Assembly (NCBI RefSeq): GCF_000014785.1
Contig: NC_008340.1
Span: forward strand, 3,030,001 to 3,062,000
Reading direction: 5' to 3'
Origin: Alkalilimnicola ehrlichii MLHE-1
GTDB lineage: Bacteria; Pseudomonadota; Gammaproteobacteria; Nitrococcales; Halorhodospiraceae
Length of the DNA stretch: 32,000 nt
Of the stretch, positions 29,338-32,000 are shown one piece after another; position 1 is the first letter of the stretch, and each line of letters starts with the position of its first letter. The notes beneath the pieces were generated by a model, which was not told where the DNA came from, searched no databases, and saw only the letters and a list, made by a program, of their open reading frames with translations. A program made the translations under genes and the position numbers.

Positions 29338-32000
29338 ATGGCAACCACAGACCGCATCCCCGACGACGCCCTCACCGCCCTGCCCGATCCGTTGGCCGAG
29401 GCCGTGCGCGAGGCACTGGCCGACTGGCCCGCCGACGAGGCCCTGCCCGATGACCCGGAGGTCCTTCGGACCCTGCCCCGCGCCTGGGCCTGCAGCGAGT
29501 TCATAACGCGCAGTTGTCAGCGCTGTCCGCAGCGCCTGCGCGACTTGGCGGAGAGCGGTGACCTCACCCGCCGCTATGCCGCCGACGAACTCCGGGATAA
29601 CCTCGCGACCGCCCTCTCGGAGGTCCGCGACGAACCGGGCCTGCACCTGGCCCTGCGCCGGTTTCGCAACCGGGAGATACTGCGTATCGCCTGGCGCGAT
29701 CTGGTGGGCTGGGCCGATCTGGAGGAAACCCTGCGTGACCTCTCCGAACTGGCCGAGGCCTGCATCGACCTGCCGCTGGACATCCTCTACCACTGGCTGT
29801 GCGAGCGCATGGGCACCCCCCGCGACGGTGACGGCAACCAGCAACGGATGGTGGTGCTGGGCATGGGCAAACTGGGCGGCCAGGAGCTGAATTTCTCCTC
29901 CGACATCGACCTGATCTTCTGCTTTCCGGAGTCCGGCGAGACGGACGGGCGCCGGCCCCGCGACAACCAGGAGTTCTTCATCCGCCTGGGCCGCCAACTG
30001 ATCACCGCACTGGACAAACACACCCCCGACGGCCAGGTCTTCCGGGTCGACATGCGCCTGCGCCCCAACGGCGACAGCGGCCCGCTGGCGCTCTCCTTCG
30101 CCGCCATGGAGCACTACTACCAGCACCAAGGCCGGGAGTGGGAGCGCTACGCCATGATCAAGGCCCGGGTGGTGGGCGGCGACTATCAGGCCGGCGAGGC
30201 ACTGCTGGCCGATTTGCGCCCCTTCGTCTACCGGCGCTACCTCGACTTCGGCGCCCTGGAGGAACTGCGGGGCATGAAGGCCAAGGTCATGGCCCAGGTC
30301 CGGCTCAAAGGCATGGAGGACAACCTCAAGCTTGGCCCCGGGGGTATCCGCGAGGTGGAGTTTATCGGCCAGGCATTCCAACTGATCCGCGGCGGACGTG
30401 ATCGCCGGCTGCAGGAGCGCCGCATCCTGCATGTGCTGGACTACCTGCGGGAGATTCATCTGCTACCGGACTACGTGGTCAGCGAGCTGACCGAGGGCTA
30501 TCGGTTTCTGCGCGAGGCGGAGAACCGGCTGCAGGCCATCGGCGACCGCCAGACCCACGAGATCCCGGACAATCCCCTGGACCGCCAGCGCCTGGCACTG
30601 GCCATGGGCTTCGACGACTGGGCCGCCTTCCAGTCCCGGCTCGACCGGGTGCAGCACCAGGTGCACGGCCATTTCGAGCAGGTGTTCGCCGCCCCACAGG
30701 CGGAGAGCGATGAGGGCAGTGAACCCAGTGCGCTGGACGTCCTGTGGCTGGGGGAACTGGAGCCGGAAACGGTCCGCGGGCAGTTGGGCGAACTCGGCTT
30801 CGACGACGCCCAGGCGGTGGAGCGGCGCCTGCGCACCCTGCGCGAGAGCAGCGTGGCCCGCGCCCTGTCCCGCCAGGGCCGGCACCGGCTGGACCGGCTC
30901 ATCCCGCTGTTGATTGGCGCCGCCTGCAATGCCGATCAGCCCGATCTTGCCCTGATCCGCAGTCTCGACCTGGTGGAGACCATCGCCCGGCGCACCGCCT
31001 ACCTGTCGCTCCTGGTCGAGCACCCCATGGCGCTGTCACAGCTTATCCAGTTGTGCGACGGCAGCGCCTGGATCGCTCGCTACCTGGCCCACCACCCCCT
31101 GCTGCTGGACGAGCTGCTGGACCCGCGCAGCCTCTACAAGCCGCTGGGCCGGGAGGCCCTGGCCGAGGAACTGCGGGAGTGGCTGCGCCCCATCGAAGAG
31201 CACGACCTGGAAGAGCAGATGGAGGCCTTGCGGCTGTTCAAGCAGACCAACACCCTGCGGGTGGCCGCGGCCGACATCAGCGGCGCCGTGCCGGTCATGG
31301 TGGTCAGTGACTACCTTACCGGCATCGCCGAGGTGGTGCTGGAGGAGGCGGTGGGCGTGGTCTACCGCCATCTGGTGGCCCGCCATGGCCGCCCCCTCTG
31401 CCGGATGGACGGGGAGACGGTGGAGGCCGGCTTTGCCGTCATCGCCTACGGCAAGCTGGGGAGCATCGAACTGGGCTACGGCTCCGACCTGGACCTGGTC
31501 TTCATCCACGACACCCGCGGTGAGGCGCAACAGACCGATGGCCCCCGCCCGCTGGACAACCCGGTCTTTTTCGCCCGCCTCACCCAGCGGCTGATCCATG
31601 TGCTCAATACCCAGACACCCGGCGGCGTGCTCTACGAGGTGGACACCCGCCTGCGCCCCAGCGGCAAGGCCGGCCTGCTGGCCACCAGTCTGGAGGCCTT
31701 CGCCCGCTATCAGCGTGAGGAGGCCTGGACCTGGGAGCACCAGGCGTTGGTCCGCGCCCGGGCGGTGGCCGGGTGCCAGGCACTCTGTCGCGCCTTTGAG
31801 ACGCTGCGCGAGGAGTTGCTCTGCCAGCCGCGCGCGCCGGAGCCGCTGCGCGAAGAGGTCCGCAACATGCGCGAGCGCATGCGGGACGAGAAGGCCAGTC
31901 GCGACCCGGGGCTTTTCGACATCAAACAGGACCGGGGCGGTATCACCGACATCGAGTTCATGGTTCAATATGCGGTTCTGGCAGCCGCCCACGAACACCC
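29338..32000 (+). CDS. glnE: Glutamine synthetase adenylyltransferase / adenylyl-removing enzyme, 3' truncated by window
   Basis: VVLGMGKLGGQELNFSSDIDLIFCFPESGET, RLRPNGDSGPLALSFAAMEHYYQHQGREWERYAMIKARVVGG, FVYRRYLDFGALEELRGMKAKV, AYGKLGSIELGYGSDLDLVFIHD. Frame stays open to the window end. Confidence 0.97.
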   Translation, partial: MATTDRIPDDALTALPDPLAEAVREALADWPADEALPDDPEVLRTLPRAWACSEFITRSCQRCPQRLRDLAESGDLTRRYAADELRDNLATALSEVRDEPGLHLALRRFRNREILRIAWRDLVGWADLEETLRDLSELAEACIDLPLDILYHWLCERMGTPRDGDGNQQRMVVLGMGKLGGQELNFSSDIDLIFCFPESGETDGRRPRDNQEFFIRLGRQLITALDKHTPDGQVFRVDMRLRPNGDSGPLALSFAAMEHYYQHQGREWERYAMIKARVVGGDYQAGEALLADLRPFVYRRYLDFGALEELRGMKAKVMAQVRLKGMEDNLKLGPGGIREVEFIGQAFQLIRGGRDRRLQERRILHVLDYLREIHLLPDYVVSELTEGYRFLREAENRLQAIGDRQTHEIPDNPLDRQRLALAMGFDDWAAFQSRLDRVQHQVHGHFEQVFAAPQAESDEGSEPSALDVLWLGELEPETVRGQLGELGFDDAQAVERRLRTLRESSVARALSRQGRHRLDRLIPLLIGAACNADQPDLALIRSLDLVETIARRTAYLSLLVEHPMALSQLIQLCDGSAWIARYLAHHPLLLDELLDPRSLYKPLGREALAEELREWLRPIEEHDLEEQMEALRLFKQTNTLRVAAADISGAVPVMVVSDYLTGIAEVVLEEAVGVVYRHLVARHGRPLCRMDGETVEAGFAVIAYGKLGSIELGYGSDLDLVFIHDTRGEAQQTDGPRPLDNPVFFARLTQRLIHVLNTQTPGGVLYEVDTRLRPSGKAGLLATSLEAFARYQREEAWTWEHQALVRARAVAGCQALCRAFETLREELLCQPRAPEPLREEVRNMRERMRDEKASRDPGLFDIKQDRGGITDIEFMVQYAVLAAAHEH

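Noticed and set aside
29323-30459. 378-aa minus-strand ORF
   Set aside because: Antisense shadow of glnE, whose sense frame has many conserved motifs and stays open to the window end.

Overview
This 32 kb window looks like a high-GC gammaproteobacterial chromosome segment, mostly housekeeping genes. From left to right it contains: the C-terminal half of an EAL-domain protein; a cold-shock protein; a conserved hypothetical; a UDP-glucuronate-type epimerase; an intergenic repeat element; an AmpG-like permease; a decayed MBL-fold hydrolase; an M42 peptidase; isocitrate lyase (aceA); a PhnD-like binding protein overlapping a PAS-GGDEF-EAL sensor; a DUF2937-like protein; tRNA-Arg(CCG); a LuxR-type regulator; two tandem paralogous RCC1-repeat lipoproteins; moaB; a squalene/phytoene synthase; a fructosamine-kinase-like protein; a methyltransferase; a host-attachment-like protein; AsmA; mutY; yggX; tRNA-Phe(GAA); queC; and the 5' part of glnE. 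The most unusual locus is about 14.4-20.8 kb. There a LuxR-type regulator is followed by two large (821 and 818 aa) lipoproteins. Each has a short N-terminal domain and exactly 14 RCC1-like repeats, and repeats 7 and 14 are atypical in the same way in both proteins. This suggests a double seven-bladed propeller, conserved through a tandem duplication. A second clear observation is an MBL-fold (persulfide-dioxygenase-like) gene at 5.2-6.0 kb that has lost its HxHxDH region by a frame-changing internal deletion.
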